A stretch of DNA of 64,000 nt from Eledone cirrhosa. Lineage: Eukaryota. The DNA is taken from the NCBI GenBank assembly GCA_964016885.1, contig OZ024742.1, positions 264,988,001 to 265,052,000 on the forward strand, read 5' to 3'. Below, piece after piece: positions 26,267-39,922 of the stretch (position 1 is its first letter; each line of letters begins with the position of its first letter). A program made the translations under genes and the position numbers. The notes under the pieces were generated by a model. The model worked only from the letters and a program-made list of their open reading frames with translations, made no database searches and had not been told where the DNA came from.

Positions 26267-27663
26267 TACATACAATGTGTGCATTTATGTATATAGCCAA
26301 GCAAAGCAAAGATCCATAGTTATCACATCAATCATCCAAATTTATATTTTATTTTATATGTATATATGTTTTTTTTTTGTGGCCACCATTGTTGTCCTCA
26401 TTGTTACCTCAACCTAACTCCCAGCCCCATCCATTGCCAACACCGTTTGATCAGGCAGTGTCTGCTGTGACATATTTACTGTAAATTAACACCAATGAGA
26501 TATTCTACAGGAAAACGTTTTTTTACCAAAAATGGAAAACATATATGATACAAAAAAAAAAAAGTAATAATTTCAAAGAATAAAAATTGGAAAAAAAATG
26601 AAACAACACAAAAACAATACGTGACAATAGAAAAGAAAGAAAGAAAATTGTGAGAAATGTGAAGAAATAAAAGAAACCTGTTATTTAACGTGTGAAGTTT
26701 GGGGTTATCTACATACCTTATCAGCAGTGTCAAGCTACAGCCATGCACTATAATGGAGAGGGTGATTAATTCTATGAACATAAAACGCGCAGATTATTGG
26801 GTGCACTGGTTGCACATGCATATCTGACGCAGACTAACAGTGATACCAGCCAGCTTGGAAAAGGCAGGAGTGAGTTCTGACGAGTTGTACAAGTCAGTAA
26901 GTTTTATACACACAGATGCATTCATATGTACATACTACATAAACATGCACATGCACATTCATTCTTATGTACATATAAACATACATGCACATGTATTTTT
27001 GTGTACATGTACACACACACACACACACAAACATGCATTCAGATATACATACATAAAAATACTCCCAAACTTAGCTTTAACAAAGTTCTCCACCAGCTCC
27101 TCTACTATTGTGGGAAGGGAAAATTAAAAAAGAAGGTTGATCTAACTCAGTTGTTTATGATCCAGTGTTAATAGATCAGGGGCCTCTAATAGAGTTTATA
27201 AACTGACTGTTATTACAACTCTGTAAAATACCCAGCATTTCTTTACCTCTTAGTAAAATATTTGGTCACTGAATAGTGAGCAGAAGTATAGTAAGGAGAA
27301 GCAAAGGGAAAGATATCAAATGAAATACACACCTCTTGACTTCATATTACCGTAGAGATGTAAGTATCACTGCAGTATAACAAATATTTCTTCTCTTGGG
27401 AACTATTGTATGTACACATTATTACATTGTTGCTGTTAGGTCAGAAGTTAAGTTAAGCTGTGTCTAAATCAGCTTCAATTTCAATTCACAGCTGTAAACT
27501 TTTTTCCCCCTAAACACTGTGTCGTGTCATTAATAATTCTTTTGAGAAGGGTAAGGTTGTCATACGCTTAAAATATCTAGCCCCTTTGTAATGGCCAGCA
27601 TAAATATTTGTATCTGAAAGAAGAGGAAAGCATTATCATCTCTTTTGTTATTATTATTATTAT

Positions 27664-27860
27664 TAGGGCGGTGGATTGGCAGTATAGGTAGAGGGTCGGA
27701 CGCCATGCTTTGACGCATAGAGTTATGGTCCTTGCCATTCTGAGTTCAAATACCGCCAAGGTTAACTTTGCCTTTCATCCTTACAGGGTTGATAAAATAA
27801 AGTACCAGTAATGCACTGGGTAATTGCTGGCCTTGTGTCAAATGTAGAAATAGTAATTAT
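27664..27860 (+). mobile_element. Full-length Meta-type SINE
   Basis: agggcggtggattggcagt...gagttcaaat...gcctttcatcc...(att)n. Confidence 0.9.
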
Positions 27861-28680
27861 TATTATTATAATTATTATTATTATTATTATTACCATCATC
27901 ATCATCATTTTTATTGTTGTTATTATCATCATTGTTATTGTTGTCATTGTTGTTAGGAGTGGAGTAGTAGCAGAAATGTTAGAACATCAGATGAAATGCC
28001 TAATATTATTTAGTGTTCTTCCTCTACATCTATGTTTGTACAAATTCTTTGAAGATTCAACTTTGTCTTTCATACCTTTACTGTTGATAAATTAAATATC
28101 AGTAATATACTGCAGTTGGTGCTAACTGACTTGTACGCCCTTCCCTATATTGTACTAATGTATAAATATTATTGGTGAGTGTTGTAGAAATGGTATTCTG
28201 TTTAATTTCATCCCTTTCTATCGTTTGTTCAAATCCTGCCGAGGCAGACTTTGCCTTTCATCCCTCCAGGAAGGGGTCACCAAAATATGTACTAAGTATG
28301 ATTTCTATTGACTATTTTCCCATCCCTTACAAATTTGAAGCCATGTGCCAATCTAAGTAATTACCATTACTATTTAGTAATGGAAACGGTATAGTTTGCC
28401 GTGTTCAATTATGATTCTTTACCTTTTACGTTTCAAATCTTGCCATGGTCAACATAGTCATTCATTGTTCCAAGATCCAAGATCAGTAAAAAATATATTT
28501 GTCATGTAAAAGGATCCATTCAATCAATTACATCTCACCACTACCACATACACTTCTACATCACAAATATCTGGCTTTGTGCCAAAGTCAAAATCATTAT
28601 TATAATTATTATTAAACATTAGCACAAACATTAGCACAAATATCAGCATCACTACTACCACCACTACCACCACCACCACC

Positions 28681-28731
<51 letters not shown>

Positions 28732-29300
28732 GTTATTGTTGTTGTTATTTAAACTGTTGACTTATGAAGTAGTGTTGGGAAAGTTTCAAATTTGAAATGT
28801 GATAGTCTAAATGCAAAAATGATGATAATTTATTTAATCACTATAAATAATAATTGAAAAATTTGGGTAATATAACACTGGAGATGGAAATAAGTTGACA
28901 GAGGCACCTGAACAACCCAAACCCCAATTATCATTTCTATTGATCTATTATATTATTCATATTCCTGTGTTGGAACTGTTAATGTTTTTATTGTTATTAT
29001 AGTTATATAGAACTAATACTATAGATATTTATTTTGACTGGTTGTTTTCTTTTCATTTAAGTAATTATTATCAGCATTACTATTGCTATCACTGCCACCA
29101 TTCCCACCCTAAACACCATTAACACCCTAAACACCATTGCCACCCTAAACACCATTGCCACCATTGCCATCATCGTCACCATTATAATCTTAGCATTGGT
29201 ATTTTATATCCAGTGCCATCACAAAAACTGCTTTTTAATGACTACAATCATCATCATCCTTCCCAGAGAAGATAAATGAATAGTATAGATAATATATATA

Positions 29301-29369
<69 letters not shown>

Positions 29370-29374
<5 letters not shown>

Positions 29375-29533
29375 TGTAAATGTGGTTGGCATTAGGAAGG
29401 GCAACCAGCTGTAGAAACCATACCAGAAACAATTCTGTATGAGCAAGACATGGACACCTGACTTGACTTGCCTCAAATGAGACAACCTGTCTAACCCATG
29501 CTAGTATGGAAAATAGGCATTAAATGATAATGA

Positions 29534-29535
<2 letters not shown>
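29370..29535 (+). mobile_element. RTE 3' end
   Basis: ctgtaaatgtggttggcattaggaagggca...ctaacccatgctag...gatgat tail. Confidence 0.75.
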
Positions 29536-29581
<46 letters not shown>

Positions 29582-29582
<1 letters not shown>

Positions 29583-29930
29583 AAAGGGTAAAGTAAAGAC
29601 CCCCTTCGGTCATGAATGATCATGTGAATTACGCCTAGAAAGTTCCCCACTGAGGCACAAGTCCAGGCAAGGTTGTTTGTGGAAATCCAGGAGTCACCCA
29701 TGCATACCAGCCTTCCCTCTCCTTGCCTCTGATGTTTTCCAAGGGAAAGGCAATGGCTGATACAGCTTGGCACCAGTAACATCACAACTCATTTCTACAG
29801 CTGTGTAAACTGGAGTAACGTGAAATAAAGTGTCTTGCTCAAGGTCACAACACATCACCCAGTCTGAGAATTGAACTCACAACCTCCCGATTGCAAACCC
29901 AATGCTCTAACCATTAAGCCATGCACCTTC
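29582..29930 (-). mobile_element. Full-length CORE-type tRNA SINE
   Basis: Reverse complement has a tRNA-like head (ggcttaatggttagagcattg, gttcaattctc), CORE-like ccttgagcaagacactttatttcacg and a tail ending gaccgaagggggtctttac. Confidence 0.8.
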
Positions 29931-30159
29931 ACATATATATGTAAGAGTACGTTATGATTTGCCTGAAGCATTGTGTGTAGTAAATACTGTTTAGTTAGAA
30001 GGCTACAGCCATGCAAATGAGAATTAAATGTTATAAATATAACAAAAATGTTGGGTTATTATTCCCAGTAACATCCTGACATCTTTATTATCATTATATT
30101 TTTAACATTCAATGTACCATTTCACATATATTCAGTTATTATAAAGGCTGTGTGTAATT

Positions 30160-30392
30160 TTAATCCTTTTGATATCAAACTACCCTGGTTCTACAGTACA
30201 AAATTGTTTAAATGTATGTAAAAAATACCTTCTATCATAATTTTATGTAAGAATCTTTGTTATGTTACAAACATTAGCTTAATAATGTGAAAGTTAATTA
30301 TTTTACTAAAATCCCTCCAAATTCTTGATTATTTTTGAAATGATTTGAAACTCCTGGGCAATGTCTTTCATTAGAATTGTAATAAAAGGGTC
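30160..30392. mobile_element. Degraded MITE with (t)taa.cctt...aagggt termini (piggyBac-like); related piece at about 38540-38725
   Basis: Imperfect terminal inverted motif. Both loci share cagctt..taatg...ttattttcaaaattaattgaaa-like and tttcattagaa segments. Confidence 0.35.
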
Positions 30393-31480
30393 ACATTTTT
30401 ATAAACTACTTCTATATATGGTAAAATTAATCTGTAAAGAATGGTTAGAAATTTGATGCATCTATTTTAACCTTGCCAATCAAAAAGTTTATTATGATTG
30501 TATATTCATTTTTTAAAATTAATAAATACATGTAATGGCTACTATTTATTCAACTAAACCTTGTTCTATAGATGATATATGGGCTAGAATAACTAATGTG
30601 ATACAGAGTAAAACTGAAAATTAGCTGCCAAGGCAAATAACTTTTAAGGTAATGATCTCCTGACTGACTTACTTTGTCATAGTACATAACAGTTGCAACA
30701 CAATAACAAATGTACTTTCCTAAATCTCTGAGTACAGTTTCCAAAATATTGAGTACAAGTTCAAATATTTGCATATCTTTTCACACATATTTATTTGTTA
30801 TATTCTCCAGAATAATAAAGCATATTTTTGCCTAAATGCTGTATATATTTTCCCAGTCAATTGTTTAAATAATTGTGTAGGGGTGGGGATTACTGAAACA
30901 TGAGGGCATAGCTTTCCAAATTTCTTTGGCTTCATTTTACTTTAAACTGTTGTGTATATTTTCTTAAACCTTCTGGCAATATTTCTGTGCATATCTGAAA
31001 TACTTTCTCAGTGTATTTCCCCAACACCTATGATATATTCTTCTCAATGATTATGTGTGTGTATGAATATGAATGTATGTGTGTTTGTTCATTGTCTAGG
31101 TAGGTTTTGCCAATGTTTAAACCATTATTCTATTACCCGGTAAAATAGATATTTATTCTTTTTTTATTGATTTAAATATTTTTAGTGATTTTAAAAAAAA
31201 TGTTATTTGATTTATATGTTTTATTTTGCTTTGGTTAGTCTGTATATCTACACTCTTCTATAATGAAAGTTAGAGTCCATTTTCTGATCTCAAACTTACA
31301 ATATACAATGGAGTAAGGGTATTTTATCTGTTTACTATATTATATGTTTATGATTATCATCATTATTATCACTGTTTCCTTTGTAAATGTCATCATTTAA
31401 AACAAGTATTGTTACCATTTAATACCATGTTTCACTTGTTGGATTCTATCCCTTCTGCTTCTTTCTCTCTCCAATTATAT

Positions 31481-31728
31481 CATCATCTTCGTTTAACGTC
31501 CATTTTCCAAGCTAGCATGGGTTAGACGGGAGTTGTCCCACTTGAGGCAAGGTTGGTCGGATGACCATGTCTCGCTTTTATAGGACTGTCTGGCAGGTTT
31601 TCTACAGCTGGATGCCCTTCCTAACACCAACCACATTTACAGTGTGGAACTGGGAACTTTTTACCGTGTTACCTACACGGCCACATTACAGCGTGGACTG
31701 TGTGTTTTTTTCTTGTGACACCTACACG

Positions 31729-31761
<33 letters not shown>

Positions 31762-31935
31762 TACTGTAAATGTGGTTGGTGTTAGGAAGGGCATCCACCC
31801 GTAGAAAACCTACCAGATAGTCCTATATGAGCGAGACGCGGTCACCCGACCAACTTTGCCTCAAGTGGGACAACTCCCTTCTAACCCATACTAGCGTGGA
31901 AGATGGATGTTAAACAAAGATGATGATGTTGATGA
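31481..31935. mobile_element. Two RTE 3' ends in head-to-head inverted orientation
   Basis: 31481-31729 (-) and 31763-31935 (+) share about 165 bp of reverse-complement sequence and are separated by (TA)n. Confidence 0.9.
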
Positions 31936-32195
31936 TATATATATATATATGTGTGTGTGTGTTATTATTATCATTATTATTATCATATGGATAGTTTGCT
32001 CCATGACTAAGTATAAAAACTATTCCAACAGCAAATACTATCAATTTGTTATTGAAATGGTATAAATTAAAGTGATGGGTAAACAATCTCTATAATAATA
32101 TCAGCACTCTACTAAGTCTAAAATACTAAGTTTTATAATGGCCTTGTTAGTCTTAACTACTGACATCTCATCCATCTCTCTCTCTCTCTCTCTCT

Positions 32196-32338
32196 ATTCG
32201 GGAGAAATCCTGATGATTTCTCCCGAATGAAACAGTTCTAGTCCTGTAGAACCCATTTCTATATTAAATATTTATACTCTGCTATGTATTGAGTACCTTA
32301 CTTACTGTGGTTACCCCTGATTGAACCCGGGATAAAAT

Positions 32339-32388
<50 letters not shown>

Positions 32389-32443
32389 AGTAAGTAAGAC
32401 CCCGACGGCTGAGCTCAAGCCGTTTCGACGGCTAATTCTGTAC

Positions 32444-32445
<2 letters not shown>
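32196..32445. mobile_element. Two Penelope pLTR fragments in microsatellites
   Basis: 32196-32340: hairpin attcgggagaaatc-ctgat-gatttctcccgaat then GAAA-cagt-TC. 32385-32445: gaccccgacggctgagctcaagccgtttcgac family, also seen at 47403, 52495 and 57560. Confidence 0.6.
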
Positions 32446-32479
<34 letters not shown>

Positions 32480-32792
32480 TTCTCTATTATTTGCTCATAT
32501 GAACCAATTACATTTTAAAACTATTATCCATAGTTAACATGAAGATTTTTATAAGATACTTCAAGCATTAATGCTGGTAGGTTTAGTAATGGGAGACACT
32601 AGTTGCATAGTTAATGTGTTGGGCTATTTTATTTCAAGTCAGAGTGCAAATGATGGCACACATACCATGTTGTGTCATTAAGCAAAGCACTTCCCCTCAG
32701 TTGCTAAGCTAGTGAAAACTACATATTCTAATGACTATCATTTTAATACATAATAGATTGCTACTCAAACAAATGTTTGAATATGTGCATAG

Positions 32793-32841
<49 letters not shown>

Positions 32842-34405
32842 GTATATACATATATATATATTCACAGTGTATGTAGAGTTTACACCAATCTTCTTTTTGT
32901 ACCTGCCTCATAGCATGTTTTCACTCAAGAGATGCTTCTTTACAGAATGGCCATTATAAGAACTGAATCAAGAAGTATGACCCTTACAAACAGGTTGTTT
33001 CATTTTTGAACGAATTTCTCATACCCCGGTGTTTTTGTAAGGGGCCGGTGAATTTCATCCATTCTTCTACTGTCATCTGTTTAAGAGACCTTTATTTTAC
33101 TTCTGTAACCCATCAGACTATATAAGATTTAAAAATCTCTCCATCATGAAATCTGGTCAGGAGGGATATAAACATATAATATAGATAGATAGCTATGCAT
33201 ATACATGATACATATGAATATTTATGTATGTGTGTGTATGTATATATTTATTATAAATGAATAAAAAAAAACATTTATGAGCATACAAATATGCTATACA
33301 TTCTATCTAGCACACTAATCTGTAGGCATAGTTGTGTGGTTAAGAAGTTTGCTTCAGAACCATGTGGTTTTGTGTTCAATTCCATTGTGTGGCAACTTGG
33401 AAAAGTGTCCTCTACAAAAGCCTCAAGTCTTACAGTGAGGGAATTTGATATGTGAAAGCCTATTATAGGTTTGTGTGTTAGTGTGTCAGTTTACATGAGC
33501 CTTCATAGTGATAGTATTGAAGCAAGCTGTGATGTTTCTTTACATCCTACATAACTACATCCCCTATTCCACAATTTCAATGGTCAGCACTATATCATAC
33601 TTACAATTAAAAGTATGGATTGGCATCATGAAGGACATCCAGCTGTAGAAAAACTGCCTAAAATCTTCATATCCAGTCTATACCAGCATGAAAAAATGGA
33701 CATAAAATCCATATTGATGATGATAATCACTCACAAAATGTATAATTACTTATCCCTACATTGTTTGTTTTTGAAAAATACTTAATATTTTTTTTATTGT
33801 TGCTACTTTTGTTTGGTTTATTTTTTATATTCATTTTATTTATTAATTTTTCGCTTTCATTATATCATGTTTATTTTTAATTTTCCTTCTGTTTTACTGA
33901 AGAAGGTAAAATCACCGGTGCTTCAGATTTTCTTAATATTTTATTGCATAAAAATACCATATCATATCACCTCTTTTTCTCTTTTCATTTTGTTTGATAG
34001 TCTGATACAATAGTGGATTATTATAGATAAATTACTGCATGGTAACATGCTAATGAAATTATCAACTTCTTTGTATGTGATGTTTACTTTAGGATGAGTG
34101 AGTCTTTAATATGAAGATTATGTCCTTTTTTTCCATTTGCTTTTTTGTAAAGTTGTGATGTGGAGAAGCTTCTCAGAAAAAAAGAGGAAATTCAAAGTGC
34201 AGTATGGCCTTGTGTTAGTTATCAGCTCTTTAAAAAGAACTAAATTGGAGTTAGAGAGAAGGGAAGCCTTACGGATTATAATCAACTTAAATAGAGATGT
34301 GATGGCTGAGGGGATAAGATATTGGATCATGGGTCATAAGTTCAAATCTACTGCTGGTATTTCAGCGTTTGGGGGCAGCACATTGCTCTACACTATTTCA
34401 ATTTA

Positions 34406-34608
34406 GCAGTGAATTGGCAGTATTGGACACCATACAGTGAATTGGCAGTATCAGACACCATGCTTTGATGTATAGAGTTACGGCCCTTTCCATTCTGAGT
34501 TCAAATCCCGCCGAGGTTAACTTTGCTTTTCATCCTTACGGGGTCGATAAAATAAAGTACCAGTGATGCACTGGGGTGATTGCTGGCCTTGTGCCAATAG
34601 TAGAAACA
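34406..34608 (+). mobile_element. Meta-type SINE with duplicated head and TSD actatttcaatttag
   Basis: cagtgaattggcagtat occurs twice at the 5' end; TSD on both flanks. Confidence 0.88.
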
Positions 34609-36519
34609 ACTATTTCAATTTAGTTAGTTATTAGAAATAGGTACCTGATGATTTGAGAATGTTACCTGTTAGTAGACCTGTGTCCTATTCAGAGATGAAT
34701 TGATCTCTTACTCACTCACTTAACTCACTTAACCAGAACAAGAAGTATGTTCCCTTAAAATCCCTATGAATCTATTTGGAAGACATTTTATGCTTTTACA
34801 AAGTCACCAAAACACTGCTATTTGTGAAATGTAGCCACCAAAACATTTCTGTTTGTGAGAGAAAAAATTCGTCCCTCTGTGTCTAGAATGGCATTTATTG
34901 ACTACAAATATCCTGAGACTAGGATGATATTTGTAACCTTTTCTGAGGCCCACGTGTTAAGGTGTTATTTCCTTTGCTAATATCATGATGGAGTTTACAT
35001 CAGTTAGAACAATGTATTCTCTTGCGTAAATCAATCCCCATCTATAATATCCACCATGATATATGCTAAAAGTGCTACATCTTTTAAATAAGATGGTGGT
35101 GATGAATCTAAATTATGTGTTGTAATTGATTAATTATCTTCATTCTTAAAATGTTAGCCAATTAGCATCAAGCTAGACATTTCATTTACAGAACAGGAAC
35201 ATCTCAAATCGTCTTTGCAATGTCAACATTGTGGCAAGAATAGTAGAATGACAGAAATTCCTTGTAGTATTCATTTAAGACCTTCAGCATTATGAGTTAA
35301 AATCTTACCGGTGTGAACTTTGCCATTAATATGACAATGGTCAATAAATACTTATGAGCAATTCAATTAACATATACACCTCCATTATATCTTCTTTTAC
35401 CTCTTGTTCTTAGCCCACATATTCCTGGGAGGGTTGTGGGAGCAGAGTCTTCAGACACACCTTCCAGACACATCTTCCTATCACAAGCAACTGTCTCCAA
35501 TTAATCTGGCTGGATCCCTAAGCAAAACCAACCAAACCTATAGATATTATCCAAGCTCAGGGTCTCATACCAGCTGGCTTTGCCTGTAAAATCTGTGCAG
35601 CAATTCCTTCCTTATACATTTTAACCATATGTCTATCATATCAGAGCTGCGATTTCACAATTTGGAGAAGTAGTGGCTCTATCTGATCTCTGAGCTACAC
35701 ACCCTATTGAATAATGTTACTCCAAAAACCCATCAGAGGAAACCCATTTAGGCTGCTTGTATTTGTGATCATATTCTTTTGGTCATTACCCCAAATTTAT
35801 TGCTCTGATGTGAGAAATTATTATTGTGATAGATACTTGACAAGTATCACTTCAGTTATTTCATTTTACTTGTATCCCTATTACCACTTTCATTACTCCT
35901 CCCTATTAAATCATAGGTTTTGGCTGCCTATCTAAGAAATAATTGTTAGTGTTGTTTTTGCTACTGCTGTTGATGTTGTTATGGGTAATTTGCAGCACTT
36001 TTGTATGTTACTGATTTTTCAGCAAATTAAATTGATTTTACTGCCTTGTTTTTTGATTCCCCATCAAAATTGTCCTTGCGAAAGACATACATGTTCCATA
36101 CCTGCACAGTATCATAACTAAATATTGTTGTTATTATTGTTATTACTATCATTATTATTATTATTTTATTTACACCAGAAAGATAAAAAGTTATGTCAAT
36201 CCCTGCAAAGATCAAATTTATTTTCTATCCCTCTCTATGTCAAAATACAGACCAGTTAACTGTTGGTGTTGATTTAATCTACTACTTCCCTCAATGTTAT
36301 GGTGTACTTATTTTAAGACTTATTATTATTGTAGTGAAGAACCAGACTAGATGCTATATAAGGCTTCACTGTTCTCAGCATCAACTTTGTCTTTCATCAT
36401 CTTAAATTCCAGTAATTTACTGAAATTGATTTACTTCATGTTACACTCCTTCCTTACAAAAACATCATCATGCTAAGATAAAGGTTAGGGTTATTAGTGT
36501 TTTTATTATTATCAGTATT

Positions 36520-37695
36520 AGGGCGGTGAATTGGCAGTATTGGTAGAGGGTCAGACATGCTTTCCAGCATAGTTACGTCCCTTTACGATCTGAGTTCAAA
36601 TCCCGCTGAGGTTAACTTTGCCTTTCATCCTTACGGGGTCGATAAAATAAAGTACCAGTAATGTACTGGGTAATTGCTGGCCTTGTGCCAAAAGTAGAAA
36701 CAATTATTATCAGTATTAGGGCAGTGAATTGGCAAAGTAGTTAGTGCATCAGACAAATGATTAGCAGGAATTGTTCCAGCTCTTTACATTCTAAGTTCAA
36801 ATTCTTCTGAAGTTAACTTAGCCTTTCATTCACTTGAAGCTGATAAAATGAAGTACCAGTTCAATACTTGGGTTTACATAATCAACTTTCCCTCCCACCT
36901 GCAACATTTGAAGACCTTGTGTCAAAACTAGAAATCATTATTGATGTCAATATATTGATATAAATATTGTTAATAAATGGTAGAATTGATGGTAAAACAT
37001 CAGATAAAATGTCTCACTAGATTTTGAGTTCAAATCCTGTCAATGTCAACTCTGGTAGTCATCCTTATGAGGTTGACAAAACAAAGTGTCAATTCAGGAA
37101 TTGGAACATTTAAATAGACCACAGCCTTCCAAGATGTGTGGCCTTTGTGCCTAAGTTAGAAATAATTATTATCAATATTGTTGTTGATATTATTATTATT
37201 ATTATTATAGTAATGTACTGGGTAATTGCTGGCCTTGTGCCAATAGTAGAAACAATTATTATTATTATTATTATTAGGGCAGTGGTTTTGGCAGAATTGG
37301 TAGAGCGCCGGGCAACATGCTTTGCAGCATAGAGTTACAGCCCTTTACGTTCTGATTTCAAATCCTGCTGAGGTTAGCTTTGCCTTTCATCCTTACAGGG
37401 TCGATAAAATAAAGTTCCAGTCACGCACTGGGGTCGATTTAATCGACTTTCCCCTCCCCCCAAATTACTGGCCTTGTGCCTATATAAGAAACCATATCGG
37501 TAGAGGGTCAGACGCCATGCTTTGCAGCATAGAGTTACGGCCCTTTATGATCTGAGTTCAAATTCCGCCGAGGTTAACTTTGCCTTTCATCCTTACGGGG
37601 TCGATAAATAAAGTACCAGTCATGCATTGGGGCCGTTTAATCGACTTTCCCCTCCCCCAAAATTGCTGGCCCTGTGCTTATATAAGAAACCATTA
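36520..37695 (+). mobile_element. Cluster of 5-6 sense-strand Meta-type SINEs (36520-36705, 36718-36935, 37210-37260, 37276-37495, 37496-37695)
   Basis: Repeated consensus matches. The first is inserted at the head of an older copy with TSD ttattatcagtattaggg. Confidence 0.88.
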
Positions 37696-39004
37696 TTATT
37701 AGATTAGTCACCAAACTTCTGACCCTTTGGGTTTCAAGTTCAAATCTTGAGTAATGCTAGCATTGCACTGTACCCTCACTTCATGCGCATTCTAAAATTT
37801 ATTATCATTGTTTTTGTTGTTAACATTTGTTATTGTTATTATTATTATTTTAGTATCACTATTATTATTGTTCTCATCATTGCTGCATATATTTAATTAA
37901 TCACATTACTACCACGCCAAATAACCTTTAACAGAGGCCATTTAGCTTATTGGTAATGCACTTTACTGGAATTTGAGAGACATGGAGTTTGATTCTTTGT
38001 AGTGGCTACTGGCAACTTTTTTCTGTCCCTAAGGGTATTTTATTCAATTTTATAAAGCTATTATTTATAGCGATTGACTGTTGTTACAATTATTTTTTAT
38101 GTTTGGATTCCAAAATTTCAAATTTCAAATCAAATCATCCAGCGCTTCAATAAATCATAGATTTATATATTTAATTAAACTTAATTATTTTATTTTTTTG
38201 TTAACTTTGCTATGGGCTGTTGTTATTGTTGTATTTATTCTTCTTATTCCAGCTATGAGTCTATGATATATCATGTGATAATGAAATATTATTAAGAAAA
38301 TAGAACTGTTGGATTCTACAACTTGTTATGATGGTCAGTTTAGGGATCCTTAAAATATCAGATCAATACTATAGACTTGAATTAATATGGTGTGGTGGTT
38401 GAATAGTTGGGTTTTTTTTAATGACGAAGAAACCTTACTTTTGTATCATTAGGCAAAGCAATTGACATTCTTATTGAAACCTCTTTTTCCTGAACAACTC
38501 ACTTTTATTTTTAGATTTATGATACAAAATTGCTTATTTCAAACTGTTTATCCTTATATTAAAACTCTTCACCAACATTTTATTTTTCTTAAGTAATGTT
38601 CTAATTATCAGCTTACTAATGAAAATATTTGTTTTGTTATTATCCCCCAAAGGCATGGTTATTTTCAAAATTAATTGAAACACAGGCTGTGTATTTCATT
38701 AGAAATACGGAAGAGAAAAGGTGACAAATTATATTAACCTTACCTGATCATCCCACTCCTTCCAGAAAAAAAAACTGTGTGGGTCACACGAATTAATTAC
38801 CTAAATACTTTTTAAAAAAACTGCAATAATTTAATGGCTTATGTAGTTGCTTTTTAACATAATGATCAGCTTCTCTGTACCTAATTGTACACAGTGTATT
38901 ATATCCCTTCAGCAAGGCATCCCATTGTTTTAGGTAACTCTGAAAAATGTTCTAAACTATAGAAACCTGAAGAGATTGATGAATAATAATAATTAGTAAT
39001 ATAA

Positions 39005-39215
39005 CAGCAGTTGTATAGATAGTGTCGAACACCTTGCTTTGTGACATATAGTTACAACCCCTTACATTCCGAGTTCAAATCTTGCTGAAATTTGCTTTGC
39101 CTTTCATCCTTACGGGGTCGATAAAATAAAGTACCATCAATGCACTCAGATCAGTTTAGTCGACTATCCCCTTCCCTTGAAATTGCTGGCTTTGTACCAA
39201 ATATAGAAACAATTA
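39005..39215 (+). mobile_element. Meta-type SINE
   Basis: gagttcaaatc...gcctttcatccttacggggtcgataaaataaagtacc...tagaaacaatta. Confidence 0.8.
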
Positions 39216-39497
39216 TAACAACAACAACATAATAATAATACTAATGATATTAATATTAATTTATTTAAACCCATAAAGCTTATATTCTAAAGGTGTCCCA
39301 GACAGACATAAGTGAAACTTTTAGTCACCCATGTTACAGTGAGAGGACCTGCACAACCCTTAATCCTCTCACCTCTAATATTATTATGTATTTATGTTGA
39401 TTTGTTTTTTTGACACACCAGGGTATCAAATACTAAAGTTATAATATATATTTAATATTTTCATGTAAGCATTATTTATATATATATATATATAGAT

Positions 39498-39555
<58 letters not shown>

Positions 39556-39563
<8 letters not shown>

Positions 39564-39841
39564 TTAGAAATTATAAGCTTTCACCGTATTTTAGACTAAA
39601 GAAATTTCTAGCCTGCTAGTGGGGTTTATAACCCTCGGAGAAATGAAAAAAGATGAGTGTTGCCGTACATGTACGGCAACACTCATCTTTTTCCATTTCT
39701 CCGAGGGTTATAAACCCCACTATCAGGCTAGAAATTTCTTTAGTCTAAAATGCGGTGAAAACTTATAATTTCTAATTTCTAATTTCAAACTCGCGCACCG
39801 TTTCAAAAACATACTTACATGTTTACGTTTATAATTTGCTT

Positions 39842-39845
<4 letters not shown>
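39556..39845. repeat. Zero-spacer palindrome with 114-bp arms (centre 39669/39670) plus a unique tail; Penelope-type snap-back
   Basis: Centre tgccgtaca|tgtacggca; only a few mismatches between arms; flanked by (TA)n. Confidence 0.9.

Positions 39846-39922
<77 letters not shown>

Noticed and set aside
24925-26417. Long YI/CV/HT-repeat ORFs here and at 43.2, 46.8, 48.3, 52.2 and 53.1 kb
   Set aside because: Translations of (TA)n, (TG)n and (CA)n microsatellites, which lack stop codons.
32890-33100. Possible mariner transposase relics here and at about 41300-41600 and 49750-49950
   Set aside because: Only vague similarity; no TIRs or catalytic motifs can be supported.
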